A stretch of 14,363 nucleotides of DNA from Planctomycetota bacterium (lineage in GTDB: Bacteria > Planctomycetota > UBA11346): positions 1 through 14,363 of the forward strand of contig JBBQSO010000114.1 of the NCBI GenBank assembly GCA_038213805.1. The letters are read 5' to 3'. The notes below the pieces were generated by a model. That model saw only the letters and a program-made list of their open reading frames with translations. It did not search any database and was not told the DNA's origin. Numbering within the stretch: position 1 is the first letter of the stretch; each line of letters begins with the position of its first letter. A program made the position numbers and the translations under genes. Shown one piece after another: positions 1 to 7,542 of the stretch.

Positions 1-170
1 TCACCCAGGCGCTGCGCGGAGACCTCGTCGAGGTCGCCCTGGACCAGGTAGTAACGGCTGCGCCGCACCTCTTCCAGGTGGCCGAGACCGAGCAGCTTGG
101 CCTCGTGGGCGAGGTGGTGGTCGGTACCCGGCGCGCTGGCCTGGACGTCAATGCGGAAGGTCGCGGTCAT
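1..170 (-). CDS. purL: 5' part (truncated by the window edge) of a probable phosphoribosylformylglycinamidine synthase PurL with an N-terminal PurS-like domain
   Basis: Manual translation from ATG at 170 gives MTATFRIDVQASAPGTDHHLAHEAKLLGLGHLEEVRRSRYYLVQGDLDEVSAQRLG, open to the window edge. The pattern RIDV...LGL...V...YLVQGDLD resembles PurS-like/PurL N-termini as I recall them. Not in the ORF track. Confidence 0.5.
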   Translation of the reverse strand, partial: MTATFRIDVQASAPGTDHHLAHEAKLLGLGHLEEVRRSRYYLVQGDLDEVSAQRLG

Positions 171-217
171 GGTGGCCGGGAGGGTAGGACCAACCCCCCG
201 GGTGGCTAGTGGCGAGT

Positions 218-254
218 CCTCGCATCTCCGCGTCTCGCGTTCGATCCTGCCTCC
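218..254. repeat. Solo degenerate half-copy of the (CTCCGCGT)n repeat arm
   Basis: CCTCGCATCTCCGCGTCTCGCGTTCGATCCTGCCTCC resembles CCTCCGCGTCTCCGCGTCTCCCGTTCTATCTCTTCTGCCTCC at about 4764-4805. Confidence 0.45.
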
Positions 255-358
255 ATCCTTTTCAGCTGTCGCGGCTTGGCTCGCCGCCCCCTCCCCCTAG
301 CCTGCAGGCCGCCTCAAGCAGCGCCGCCACCGTCATCCACCCCACCCCGCGACCTCCC

Positions 359-1690
359 ATGCCCGACCCGTTCAAAGCCTACGACATCCGCGGCCTCTAC
401 CCCCAGGAGCTGAACGAGGCCCTGGCCTATCAGACCGGCAACGCCACCGCCCAGGTGCTGAAGCTGACCGGCAAGCGCTTCACCGTCGGCCGCGACATGC
501 GCGTCTCGGGGCCGGCACTCAAGCAGGCCTACATCAAGGGTCTGGTCGATGCGGGCGTGCAGGTGGTCGACGTCGGCATGCTCTCGACGCCGGCGGTGAC
601 CTTCGCCATGCACCACCTCGGCACCGAGGGCGGCGCGATGATCACCGCCAGCCACAATCCCGCCGCATATGGCGGCATCAAGATCACCGGCCCCGGCTTC
701 AAGCCGATCGGCGGCGGCACCGGCATGGAGGAGATCGAAGCGATCGCGCGCAGCGCAAAAATCGTCAAGGCCCCCGGTGGCCGCATCGACGAAGCCCTCA
801 CCATCGACGCCTACGCCGTCTACCTGGCCAAGCTCTACGCGCCGAAACGCCCGCTCAAGATCGTGGTCGACGGCGGCAATGGCATCATCGGCACGCTCTT
901 CCAGTTCCTGCTGCCCAAGCTCACCGACATCAGCATCATCCCCCTCAACTTCGATCCCGATGGCCGCTTCCCGGTGCACGAGGCCAACCCGCTTAAGGCC
1001 GAGAATCTCAAGGATCTGCAGGACCGGGTGAAGGCCGAGAAGGCCGACTTTGGCGCCGGTTTCGACGGCGACGGCGACCGCTGCGCACTGGTCGACGAGA
1101 ACGGTGCGATCGTGACGTGCGACCTCACCACCGCCTTGCTCGCCAAGTACTACCTGGCCAAAGAGCCTGGAGCGACCGTGGCGTACGACCTGCGCAGCTC
1201 GAAGGTGGTGCCCGAATTCATCGCCGGGCTCGGCGGCAAGCCGGTCGAGACCCGTGTCGGCCACAGCTTCATCAAGGCGACCATGAAGGAGCACCACGCG
1301 GCCTTCGCCGGCGAGCTGTCCGGGCACTACTACTTCCGCGATTTCTGGGGCGCCGACTCCGGCCTCTACGCCTTCCTGCTGCTCGCCAACATCATCTCCG
1401 AGGCGCCGAACCTGAGTTCGCTGATCAAGCCGCTGGAGAAGTACTTCCACACCGGCGAGATCAATTTCAAGGTCGCCGACGCCAACGCGGTGATGGCCAA
1501 GGTGCGCGCCTTCGGCACCCAGCATGGTGGCAAGGTGGAAGAGTTGGACGGCGTGACGGTGCGCTTCAAGGACTGGTGGTTCAACCTGCGCTCGTCCAAC
1601 ACCGAGCCGGTCGTCCGACTCAATCTCGAGGGTGACAGCGCCGCGCTGCGCGACGCCAAGCTGGCCGAGGTCAAGAAGCTGCTGGCCTGA
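359..1690 (+). CDS. manB: Phosphomannomutase/phosphoglucomutase (alpha-D-phosphohexomutase family)
   Basis: FKAYDIRG N-terminus, ITASHNP catalytic Ser loop, DGDGDR metal loop and GELSGH sugar-binding loop. Start placed at ATG 359 (MPDPFKAY); the upstream ORF extension is Pro/Ser-rich and unlikely to be coding. Confidence 0.93.
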   Translation: MPDPFKAYDIRGLYPQELNEALAYQTGNATAQVLKLTGKRFTVGRDMRVSGPALKQAYIKGLVDAGVQVVDVGMLSTPAVTFAMHHLGTEGGAMITASHNPAAYGGIKITGPGFKPIGGGTGMEEIEAIARSAKIVKAPGGRIDEALTIDAYAVYLAKLYAPKRPLKIVVDGGNGIIGTLFQFLLPKLTDISIIPLNFDPDGRFPVHEANPLKAENLKDLQDRVKAEKADFGAGFDGDGDRCALVDENGAIVTCDLTTALLAKYYLAKEPGATVAYDLRSSKVVPEFIAGLGGKPVETRVGHSFIKATMKEHHAAFAGELSGHYYFRDFWGADSGLYAFLLLANIISEAPNLSSLIKPLEKYFHTGEINFKVADANAVMAKVRAFGTQHGGKVEELDGVTVRFKDWWFNLRSSNTEPVVRLNLEGDSAALRDAKLAEVKKLLA

Positions 1691-1698
1691 GCCAGCGC

Positions 1699-2172
1699 GT
1701 GGACCGCGTCGGACGCATCAGCGGTGTGCAGCGTTCCGGCGGCGGCGTGCCCAAGCTGGCGGTGGCGAGCGCCGAACTGACAACCATCGGCCTGGCCGGC
1801 GACGTGCAGACCAACCGCAAATACCACGGTGGTCCGGAACGCGCGCTGTGCCTGTTCAGCGCCGAGGTCATCGCTGCGCTGCAGGCGCAGGGCCACCCCA
1901 TCACCGCCGGCGCAACCGGCGAGAATCTGACCATCGCCGGCCTGGAATGGCCCGCGCTGGTGCCGGGGACGACGCTGCGCATCGGCGCGCAGGCGGTGAT
2001 CCAGATCGCGTCCTACACCACGCCATGCAGTAAGATCGCGGGCTGCTTCCAGGACCGTGATCCGAGTCGCTTGCGCCAGGATCTGCATCCGGGGTCGAGC
2101 CGCTTGTATGCGCGGGTGCTGACGACGGGGGTGGTGGCGGTTGGCGATGAAGTGGTGGTGGTCGGGGGCTGA
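1699..2172 (+). CDS. MOSC-domain protein (YiiM-like)
   Basis: GGVPK, GLAGD...HGGPERA, GENLT, PCSKI and YARVLTTGVVAVGD motifs. Starts 8 nt after the PMM stop. Confidence 0.88.
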   Translation: MDRVGRISGVQRSGGGVPKLAVASAELTTIGLAGDVQTNRKYHGGPERALCLFSAEVIAALQAQGHPITAGATGENLTIAGLEWPALVPGTTLRIGAQAVIQIASYTTPCSKIAGCFQDRDPSRLRQDLHPGSSRLYARVLTTGVVAVGDEVVVVGG

Positions 2173-2190
2173 TAGCTGATAGCTGATAGC
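2168..2190. repeat. Heptamer tandem repeat (GCTGATA)x3.3
   Basis: GCTGATA GCTGATA GCTGATA GC. The first unit supplies the TGA stop of the MOSC gene. Confidence 0.9.
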
Positions 2191-2211
2191 CGTTGGCTGA
2201 TCACTGCTTCA

Positions 2212-2403
2212 AGAGCGCCAACGGCGCGATCAGAGAAACAGCCCAGGGCAACGCCCTGGGTTCAATAGTGTGAAAAATCCAAGCCCTGTAGGGGCGGCCA
2301 AGGTGGACATCCTAGCCGCCCCTTCAGGGCTCGGATTCATTTTCATGGAGACTACCCAGGGCGTTGCCCTGGGCTGGTCGCCTGGTCGCGCCGTTGGCGC
2401 TCT
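2212..2403. repeat. 192-bp nested imperfect palindrome, REP/REPIN- or MITE-like
   Basis: Arm pairs are 2212-2233/2382-2403 (1 mismatch), 2239-2261/2354-2376 (perfect 23 bp) and 2276-2298/2315-2337 (2 mismatches). Each sub-block is itself a hairpin (GCGCCAACGGCGC; CCCAGGGCAACGCCCTGGG; GCCCTGTAGGGGC). It lies between convergent genes. Confidence 0.85.
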
Positions 2404-2487
2404 CGCAATGTGCGCCAACGGCCAAACGATCCCCGTATTGGCTGCTTCTCCCCACTCCCCACTCGATGCTCGCTACGGCCCTCCCCG

Positions 2488-3189
2488 TCACACCCCCATC
2501 ACCTCGACGGTGATGAACTTCGCCGCCGCGGTCGCGGTGATGGTCACGCTCTTCTCGCCACTGATGCGCGCCTGGTCGTGCACGGCCAGGGCCTTGCCGG
2601 CGATCTCAAGGGCACCCTCCATGACGTACAGGAACAGCCCACGCCCGTCGGCGAGCGGCACGGTGATGCTCTTGCCCGTCTCAAGATCCGCGAGCGACAT
2701 GACGGCGTCGCTGTTGATAGCCATGGCCTCGGCGTGGCCGAAGCCAGAAACCACCGGCAGCAGGCGGTTGGTACGCGGCACCGCACTGTAGTCGCGCTGC
2801 TCATAATCCGGCTTGATGCCCGTCTTCCGCGGCGGGAACCACACCTGGTAGAGGTGCAGCGGGGTGGCGCCGCGGTTGTGCTCGGAATGCATGACCCCGG
2901 TACCGGCGGACATGCGCTGGACCTCGCCAGCTGCGATGGTGGTCTTGTTGCCCATGCTGTCCTGATGGGTGACGGTGCCGTCGAGAACCACCGTGACGAT
3001 CTCCATGTCGCGATGTCCGTGCATGCCGAAACCGGTGCCGGCGGCGATGACGTCGTCGTTGAAGACGCGCAGGGTTCCGAACTGCATGTTGTTCTCGTCG
3101 TGGTAATCGGCGAACGAGAACAGCCAGGTGGGCTTGAGCCAGCCATGGTCGGCGGAATGGCGTTCAGCTGCGGGGATGGTATGGATCAT
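2488..3189 (-). CDS. Pirin family protein (YhhW-like cupin)
   Basis: FSFADYHD, LRVFNDD, GFGMHGHRDMEIVT, HQDSMGN, VQRMSAGTGVMHSEHN and LYQVW pirin motifs. Confidence 0.93.
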   Translation of the reverse strand: MIHTIPAAERHSADHGWLKPTWLFSFADYHDENNMQFGTLRVFNDDVIAAGTGFGMHGHRDMEIVTVVLDGTVTHQDSMGNKTTIAAGEVQRMSAGTGVMHSEHNRGATPLHLYQVWFPPRKTGIKPDYEQRDYSAVPRTNRLLPVVSGFGHAEAMAINSDAVMSLADLETGKSITVPLADGRGLFLYVMEGALEIAGKALAVHDQARISGEKSVTITATAAAKFITVEVMGV

Positions 3190-3271
3190 GGAATGGCCCT
3201 TTCACCGCCATTTTACACACTCTCCGCAAAGGCAAGAGGGCGGGGGCCCGACGTGAGGCAGGTGGCGATGC

Positions 3272-3466
3272 GGGCTGATGGCTGATGGCTGATGGCAGAC
3301 GGCAGACGGCAGACGGCAGACAACGGACTGTGGCCTGCGGACTGCGGACTGCGGACTGCGGACTGCGGAGCCCCAATGCTCCGTCGGCTCCGGGTGAACA
3401 TCACCACTTCTGGAAGCAAGGTTGTCAGCCATCAGCCATCAGCCATCAGCCATCAGCCATCAGCCC
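3272..3466. repeat. Inverted heptamer-array element: 14-unit left array (3274-3371) and (TCAGCCA)x6 right array (3425-3466)
   Basis: Left units are GCTGATG x3, GCAGACG x3, GCAGACA, ACGGACT, GTGGCCT, GCGGACT x4 and GCGGAGC, all in register. 3272-3296 is the perfect 25-bp reverse complement of 3442-3466. Confidence 0.92.
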
Positions 3467-3474
3467 CCCCTCAT

Positions 3475-4563
3475 TCAAAACTCCCCATCCCACTGCTCCA
3501 GCACGCGCGCCTTCTCCGCATCCACCATCGCCTGCCACAGGCTGTCGCAGTCGCCTGCAATGTAGCGGTCGAGGCTGTAGCCGGTCACGTTGACGCGGTG
3601 GTCGGTGATGCGGTTCTGCGGAAAGTTGTAGGTGCGGATGCGGTCGCTGCGGTCGCCGGAGCCGACCTGCTCCTTGCGCAGCGCGGCGCGCTCGCGCGCC
3701 AGGCGCTCGCGCTCGGCGGCGTAGAGCTTGGCGCGCAGCCACTTCATCGCCTTGTCCTTGTTGGCGAGCTGGCTGCGCTCGTCCTGGCAGGCCACGACCG
3801 TCCCGGTCGGGGTGTGCACGATGCGCACCGCGGACTCGGTCTTGTTGACGTTCTGCCCGCCGGCGCCGCCGGCGCGGAAGGTGGTGATCTCGAGGTCGTC
3901 GCTGCGGATGGTGACGTCGGCCTCCTCGGCCTCGGGCATCACCGCCACGGTCGCTGCCGAGGTGTGCACGCGCCCCTGCGACTCGGTGGCCGGCACGCGC
4001 TGCACGCGGTGCCCACCTGACTCATAGCGCAGCAGCGCGTAGGCGCCGCCGGCCTGCGGAGACGATCCGCGCACGTTGAAGATGGCCTCCTTGAAGCCGC
4101 CCTTCTCGCCTTCGTGCAGCGACAGCACATCCAGGCGCAGGCCGTGGGTCTGGCACCACATGGTGTACATGCGCGCGAGGTCGCCGACGAACAGCGCCGC
4201 CTCGTCGCCACCGGTGCCGGCGCGGATCTCGAGGATCGAGTCGCGGCTGCCGGTGGCGTCGCCGGAGACCAGCAGGCCCTTGATGTCCTCCAGCAGCACC
4301 GGCACGCGCGCCTCGCTCGCCGCCAGCTCCTCCTTGGCGAGTTCGCGCAGCTCGGGATCGCCAAGCATGGCGCGCGCCCCCGCGGCGGCCTCCTGCGCCG
4401 CGCGCAGCTCTTCATACGGGCGCATCAGCTTCGCCAGGCGGGCGTGGTCCTTCATGACCCGCGGGTACTGCGGCGTGCCCATGATGCCCGCATCCCCGAG
4501 CTGCTCGGTGAGCCGCCGGTAGCGGTCATGCAGGGACGCGAGGCTGGCGAGCAGATCGGGCAC
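3475..4563 (-). CDS. prfA: Peptide chain release factor 1
   Basis: [33 protein letters not shown] (PxT motif specific to RF1), GAGGQNVN (GGQ) and [19 protein letters not shown] start at 4563 is inferred. Confidence 0.96.
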   Translation of the reverse strand: MPDLLASLASLHDRYRRLTEQLGDAGIMGTPQYPRVMKDHARLAKLMRPYEELRAAQEAAAGARAMLGDPELRELAKEELAASEARVPVLLEDIKGLLVSGDATGSRDSILEIRAGTGGDEAALFVGDLARMYTMWCQTHGLRLDVLSLHEGEKGGFKEAIFNVRGSSPQAGGAYALLRYESGGHRVQRVPATESQGRVHTSAATVAVMPEAEEADVTIRSDDLEITTFRAGGAGGQNVNKTESAVRIVHTPTGTVVACQDERSQLANKDKAMKWLRAKLYAAERERLARERAALRKEQVGSGDRSDRIRTYNFPQNRITDHRVNVTGYSLDRYIAGDCDSLWQAMVDAEKARVLEQWDGEF

Positions 4564-4597
4564 GGAAGTCCGAGGGGAGGTTGATAGGACAGAGAGG

Positions 4598-4793
4598 GAT
4601 AAAACAGGAGGCACGGAGGCGCGGAGACCGGATGAGGACGGCAGAAAGCTGGGCGTAGCCGCAGTGAGCCGCAGTGAGCCGCCGGCTTCTGCTTAGTACC
4701 CTGACGCGGAACTACTCGTGACCGATCCGAGATCCAACCCCGCTCCAGGCTGTCCTCCTCCGACCTCCGCGTCTCCGCGTCTCCCGTTCTATC
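4598..4793. repeat. Imperfect 45-bp inverted repeat built from 8-mer GGAGRCRC-type units
   Basis: 4598-4642 matches the reverse complement of 4749-4793 at 36/45 positions. The spacer holds (AGCCGCAGTG)x2.6 at 4657-4682 inside an inner hairpin (4641-4655/4680-4692). Confidence 0.8.
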
Positions 4794-4842
4794 TCTTCTG
4801 CCTCCCGCTTGATCGCGCCATCACCACGGCAGCCAGACGAAA

Positions 4843-4878
4843 CGCAGGAACCCGCCGGGTGGTCCGGCGGGTCCTGCG
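4843..4878 (-). terminator. Probable intrinsic terminator of the ribosomal protein operon
   Basis: Stem CGCAGG-A-ACCCGCCGG / CCGGCGGGT-CCTGCG with a 5-nt loop, about 20 nt downstream of the rpmE2 stop. It is followed on the minus strand by TTTCGTCT, a weak U-tract. Confidence 0.65.
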
Positions 4879-4897
4879 CGCACTGGGCTGGAGACGG

Positions 4898-5176
4898 CTA
4901 CTTCTTCTTGGTCAGGATCGCCTGGATGGCGCTGACCTTGTTGCCGTAGCGGTTGCCGAACTTCTCGACGCGGCCGGCGATGTCGAGGATGCGCTGGTTG
5001 CCGGTATAGAACGGGTGGCTCGACGCCGAGACGTCGATCTTCACCAGCGGATACTCCGTGCCGTCGAGGCTCACGGTGTGCTCCGCCTTCACCGCGCTGA
5101 GCGCGACGTAGCGGCTGCCGGTGATGGTGTCCTGGAAGACCACCTTGCGGATCTGGGGATGGATGCCTTCTTTCAT
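4898..5176 (-). CDS. rpmE2: 50S ribosomal protein L31 type B (Cys-free)
   Basis: MKEGIHP, VVFQD, YPLVKIDVSASSHPFYTG and GRVEKF motifs; 92 aa with no cysteine. Confidence 0.93.
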   Translation of the reverse strand: MKEGIHPQIRKVVFQDTITGSRYVALSAVKAEHTVSLDGTEYPLVKIDVSASSHPFYTGNQRILDIAGRVEKFGNRYGNKVSAIQAILTKKK

Positions 5177-5209
5177 GGTCTGTTCCTGATATATTTTTTT
5201 TGGTGGAGC

Positions 5210-5845
5210 TCAGACCTTCTGGGTCTTGGCGCCCTTCTTTTCAGACTTCTCGGACTTGGCACCAGCCTCGGCCTTCTTGGAGCCCTTGTCGGCTTTATCA
5301 GCCTTCTCGGCCTTCTCAGTCTTCTCGGCCTTCTCGGCCTTGGGCGAGTTCGCGGCGGCAAGCGCCTCAGACATCGCCGGCGCGTTCGGATCGCTGTTCA
5401 CGATCTCGAGCGTCACGTTGACGGCGACGTTCTTGTGCAGGCGCACCTCGATCTGGTACTTGCCGAGCTTCTTCAGCTTGTCGTGCAGGTGCAGCTGCTT
5501 GCCGTCGACTTCGAAGCCGCTCTTGGCGAGGGCCGCCACGAGCTCCTTCGTGCCGATCGAACCGAACAGCTCATCGGCGTGCGAGACGCGCGCCGCGATC
5601 TGGATGGACAGGCCTTCCATGGTCTTCTTGAGCGTGTTGGCCTTGGCCTCGCGCTCGACTTCAGACTTGGCGGCCTTCTCGCGCAGCACGTCGATCTGGC
5701 GCTTGGCGGCGCCGTCGGCGGCGATCGCCAGGCCGTAGGGGAACAGGTAGTTACGCGCGTAGCCGGGGGACACACGGACGACGTCGCCCATGTTGCCCAG
5801 CTTCAGCACGTCCTTGACCAGCAGGATCTCTTTGCGTCGTGCCAT
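5210..5845 (-). CDS. rplI: 50S ribosomal protein L9 with Ala/Glu/Lys-rich C-terminal extension
   Basis: ILLVKDVLKLGNMGDVVRVSPGYARNYLFP, LFGSI and KKLGKYQIEVRLH motifs. Confidence 0.96.
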   Translation of the reverse strand: MARRKEILLVKDVLKLGNMGDVVRVSPGYARNYLFPYGLAIAADGAAKRQIDVLREKAAKSEVEREAKANTLKKTMEGLSIQIAARVSHADELFGSIGTKELVAALAKSGFEVDGKQLHLHDKLKKLGKYQIEVRLHKNVAVNVTLEIVNSDPNAPAMSEALAAANSPKAEKAEKTEKAEKADKADKGSKKAEAGAKSEKSEKKGAKTQKV

Positions 5846-5854
5846 GGGGGTTCC

Positions 5855-6130
5855 TTACTCGCCCACGTAGGGCAGGAGGGCGAGGAAGCGCGCGCGCTTG
5901 ACCGCCAGGTTGAGCTGGCGCTGGTAGAACGCGGTGCACCCGTTGCGCTTGCGCGAGGTGATCTTGCCCTGCGCCGACACGTAGCGGCCGAGGGTATTGG
6001 TGTCGCGGTAGTCGACCTCGAAGATGCCGTCCTTCTCGAAGCGGCAGAACTTGGGGGCCTCGGTGCGCTTGGCGCGCGCCTTCTTCTTCTTCTTGTCGCC
6101 GAACTTGCCCTTGGGGCCGGACATTCTCAT
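5855..6130 (-). CDS. rpsR: 30S ribosomal protein S18
   Basis: VDYRD, GKITSRKRNG and QRQLNLAVKRARFLALLPY motifs; canonical position between ssb and rplI. Confidence 0.95.
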   Translation of the reverse strand: MRMSGPKGKFGDKKKKKARAKRTEAPKFCRFEKDGIFEVDYRDTNTLGRYVSAQGKITSRKRNGCTAFYQRQLNLAVKRARFLALLPYVGE

Positions 6131-6177
6131 GGTGATATCTCGATGTTGATTGGTTTATGGATTGTGTTGGAACTGGT

Positions 6178-6645
6178 TCAGAACGGCGGCTCGTCGTCGC
6201 CACCTGCCGGCGCGGGGGCCGGCGAAGCAGCTGCGGACGGACGGCTGCCGCTGCTCGCGGCCTCGTCGCCAGCCGCGTCGCCGGCCGAAGGGCCGGTACG
6301 ATCGCCGCTGGGCTTGCTGTCGAGGAACTGGACGGAGTCGGCGACGACCTTCAGCTTGGAGCGCTTCTGGCCGTCCTTGTCCTCCCAGTTGTCGAGCTTC
6401 AGACGCCCTTCGACGTAGGCGGCGCGGCCCTTGGTCAGGTACTGCCCCACCAGCTCGGCGGTGCGGCCCCAGGCCTCGACGTCGACGAAGGTGACCTCTT
6501 CCTTGAGCTGGCCATCGCTGCCTTTGAACCGGCGGTTGATGGCCAGACCGAAGTTGGCCACCGCCTGTTCATTGGCGAGGAAACGCACCTGGGGATCCCT
6601 GGTGAGATTCCCGGCCAGCGTTACGCGGTTGAGGGCGAAGGCCAT
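6178..6645 (-). CDS. ssb: Single-stranded DNA-binding protein
   Basis: LNRVTLAGNLTRDP, VEGRLK and acidic C-terminal tip DDEPPF. Confidence 0.97.
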   Translation of the reverse strand: MAFALNRVTLAGNLTRDPQVRFLANEQAVANFGLAINRRFKGSDGQLKEEVTFVDVEAWGRTAELVGQYLTKGRAAYVEGRLKLDNWEDKDGQKRSKLKVVADSVQFLDSKPSGDRTGPSAGDAAGDEAASSGSRPSAAASPAPAPAGGDDEPPF

Positions 6646-6646
6646 G

Positions 6647-7024
6647 TCAGGCCTCGTTGGCGGCGGCGATGGCAGCGGCGGCGGCAGCCTCAGCCTGCTT
6701 GGCGCGCTGGGCCTTGATGCGCTCCATGGCCTTGCCGGGACGGGCGACGATCAACTGGCGGAGGACGACCCCGCCGAGCAGGGCGCGACGCTCGATCTTT
6801 TCGATCGCCAGGCTGTCGGCGCTGAAGTAGCCGTTGAAATAGAGCGCGCTGGTCTCGCCGGCGATGGGGTAGGCGAGCTTGCGCTCTTCGACCTTCTCCA
6901 GTTCGCTGAAGGACGCGCCCTCGACTTCGTAGGTGGCGCGGACGGCTGCGAGGGTACCCTCGTAGTCGGTTCTGGCGGCGGCGGCGCGCACCAGGATGGT
7001 GGTCTCATAGGTCGTGACGGGCAT
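6647..7024 (-). CDS. rpsF: 30S ribosomal protein S6
   Basis: YETTILV and RKLAYPI motifs; directly upstream of ssb-rpsR-rplI. An AAGGAG SD (7030-7035, minus strand) favours ATG 7024 over GTG 7030. Confidence 0.9.
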   Translation of the reverse strand: MPVTTYETTILVRAAAARTDYEGTLAAVRATYEVEGASFSELEKVEERKLAYPIAGETSALYFNGYFSADSLAIEKIERRALLGGVVLRQLIVARPGKAMERIKAQRAKQAEAAAAAAIAAANEA

Positions 7025-7048
7025 GGTCACTCCTTTCTTGTTCGTGGA

Positions 7049-7136
7049 CCGTCAGCCAAATGGCATGACGGGGGGCCGGGAGCGTGGCCCCGAACGCGAT
7101 GGCGCCCCCTCTGCAACAAGCAGGCGGGAGCGCCAT
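7049..7136 (-). promoter_or_regulatory. Structured rpsT-rpsF intergenic leader (three adjacent hairpins), candidate cis-regulatory RNA
   Basis: Stems at 7099-7114/7120-7136, 7072-7077/7086-7091 and 7049-7058/7061-7071, immediately upstream of the rpsF SD. Confidence 0.4.
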
Positions 7137-7152
7137 TGGAATTTTCAACCGC

Positions 7153-7509
7153 TTACTTGGTGGCGGGCTTAGCAGTGGACTTGGCAGCAGGCTTGGCGCC
7201 GGCCTTATCCGCATTGCGAACCGGCTTGGCCTTGACGACCGCGGCGGCGCCGATCTTGGAGAGCTGGATGGCGAGGCGCGACTTGACGCGCGCAGCGCTG
7301 TTCTTGTGCACGGTGTTGACGCTGGCAGCCTGGTCGAGGCGCTTGGTCAGGTCCTTGTAGAGGCCCTCGGCCTCGACCTTGGCGCCGTCATGCAGCGCGC
7401 GCGCCAGCTTCTTGCGGATGGTCTTGAGCTCGGTGAGACGCGCCTTGTTGCGCAGGCGGCGGGATTCGTTCTTCCGCAGACGCTTGGCGGCACTGAGATT
7501 ATGGGGCAT
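7153..7509 (-). CDS. rpsT: 30S ribosomal protein S20 with Ala/Lys-rich tail
   Basis: SAAKRLRKNESRRLRNK, LDQAA and HKNSAARVKSRL motifs. Confidence 0.95.
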   Translation of the reverse strand: MPHNLSAAKRLRKNESRRLRNKARLTELKTIRKKLARALHDGAKVEAEGLYKDLTKRLDQAASVNTVHKNSAARVKSRLAIQLSKIGAAAVVKAKPVRNADKAGAKPAAKSTAKPATK

Positions 7510-7542
7510 TGACAGCGATCCAGTCAGGGGTGGGAAAGAGGC

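Noticed and set aside
314..1525. 403-aa minus-strand ORF
   Set aside because: Antisense shadow of the phosphomannomutase gene, as expected from GC-rich codon bias; no motifs.
2230..2418. Small ORFs across the palindrome
   Set aside because: They are translations of the REP-like element and carry no transposase motifs (no HUH or DDE signature).
3272..3466. Possible CRISPR array
   Set aside because: Units are 7 bp and contiguous. There are no 23-47 bp repeats separated by unique spacers, and no cas genes.
3164..3593. Short ORFs with repeated peptides ([21 protein letters not shown])
   Set aside because: These are translations of the heptamer arrays, with no independent evidence of coding.
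3475..4614. RF2 with a programmed frameshift, or an N-terminally extended RF
   Set aside because: The PAT motif identifies RF1 and the frame is continuous. The upstream 17 codons overlap the repeat arm and are unlikely to be coding.
4718..6418. 566-aa plus-strand ORF
   Set aside because: Antisense to rpmE2, rplI, rpsR and ssb; no recognisable domain.
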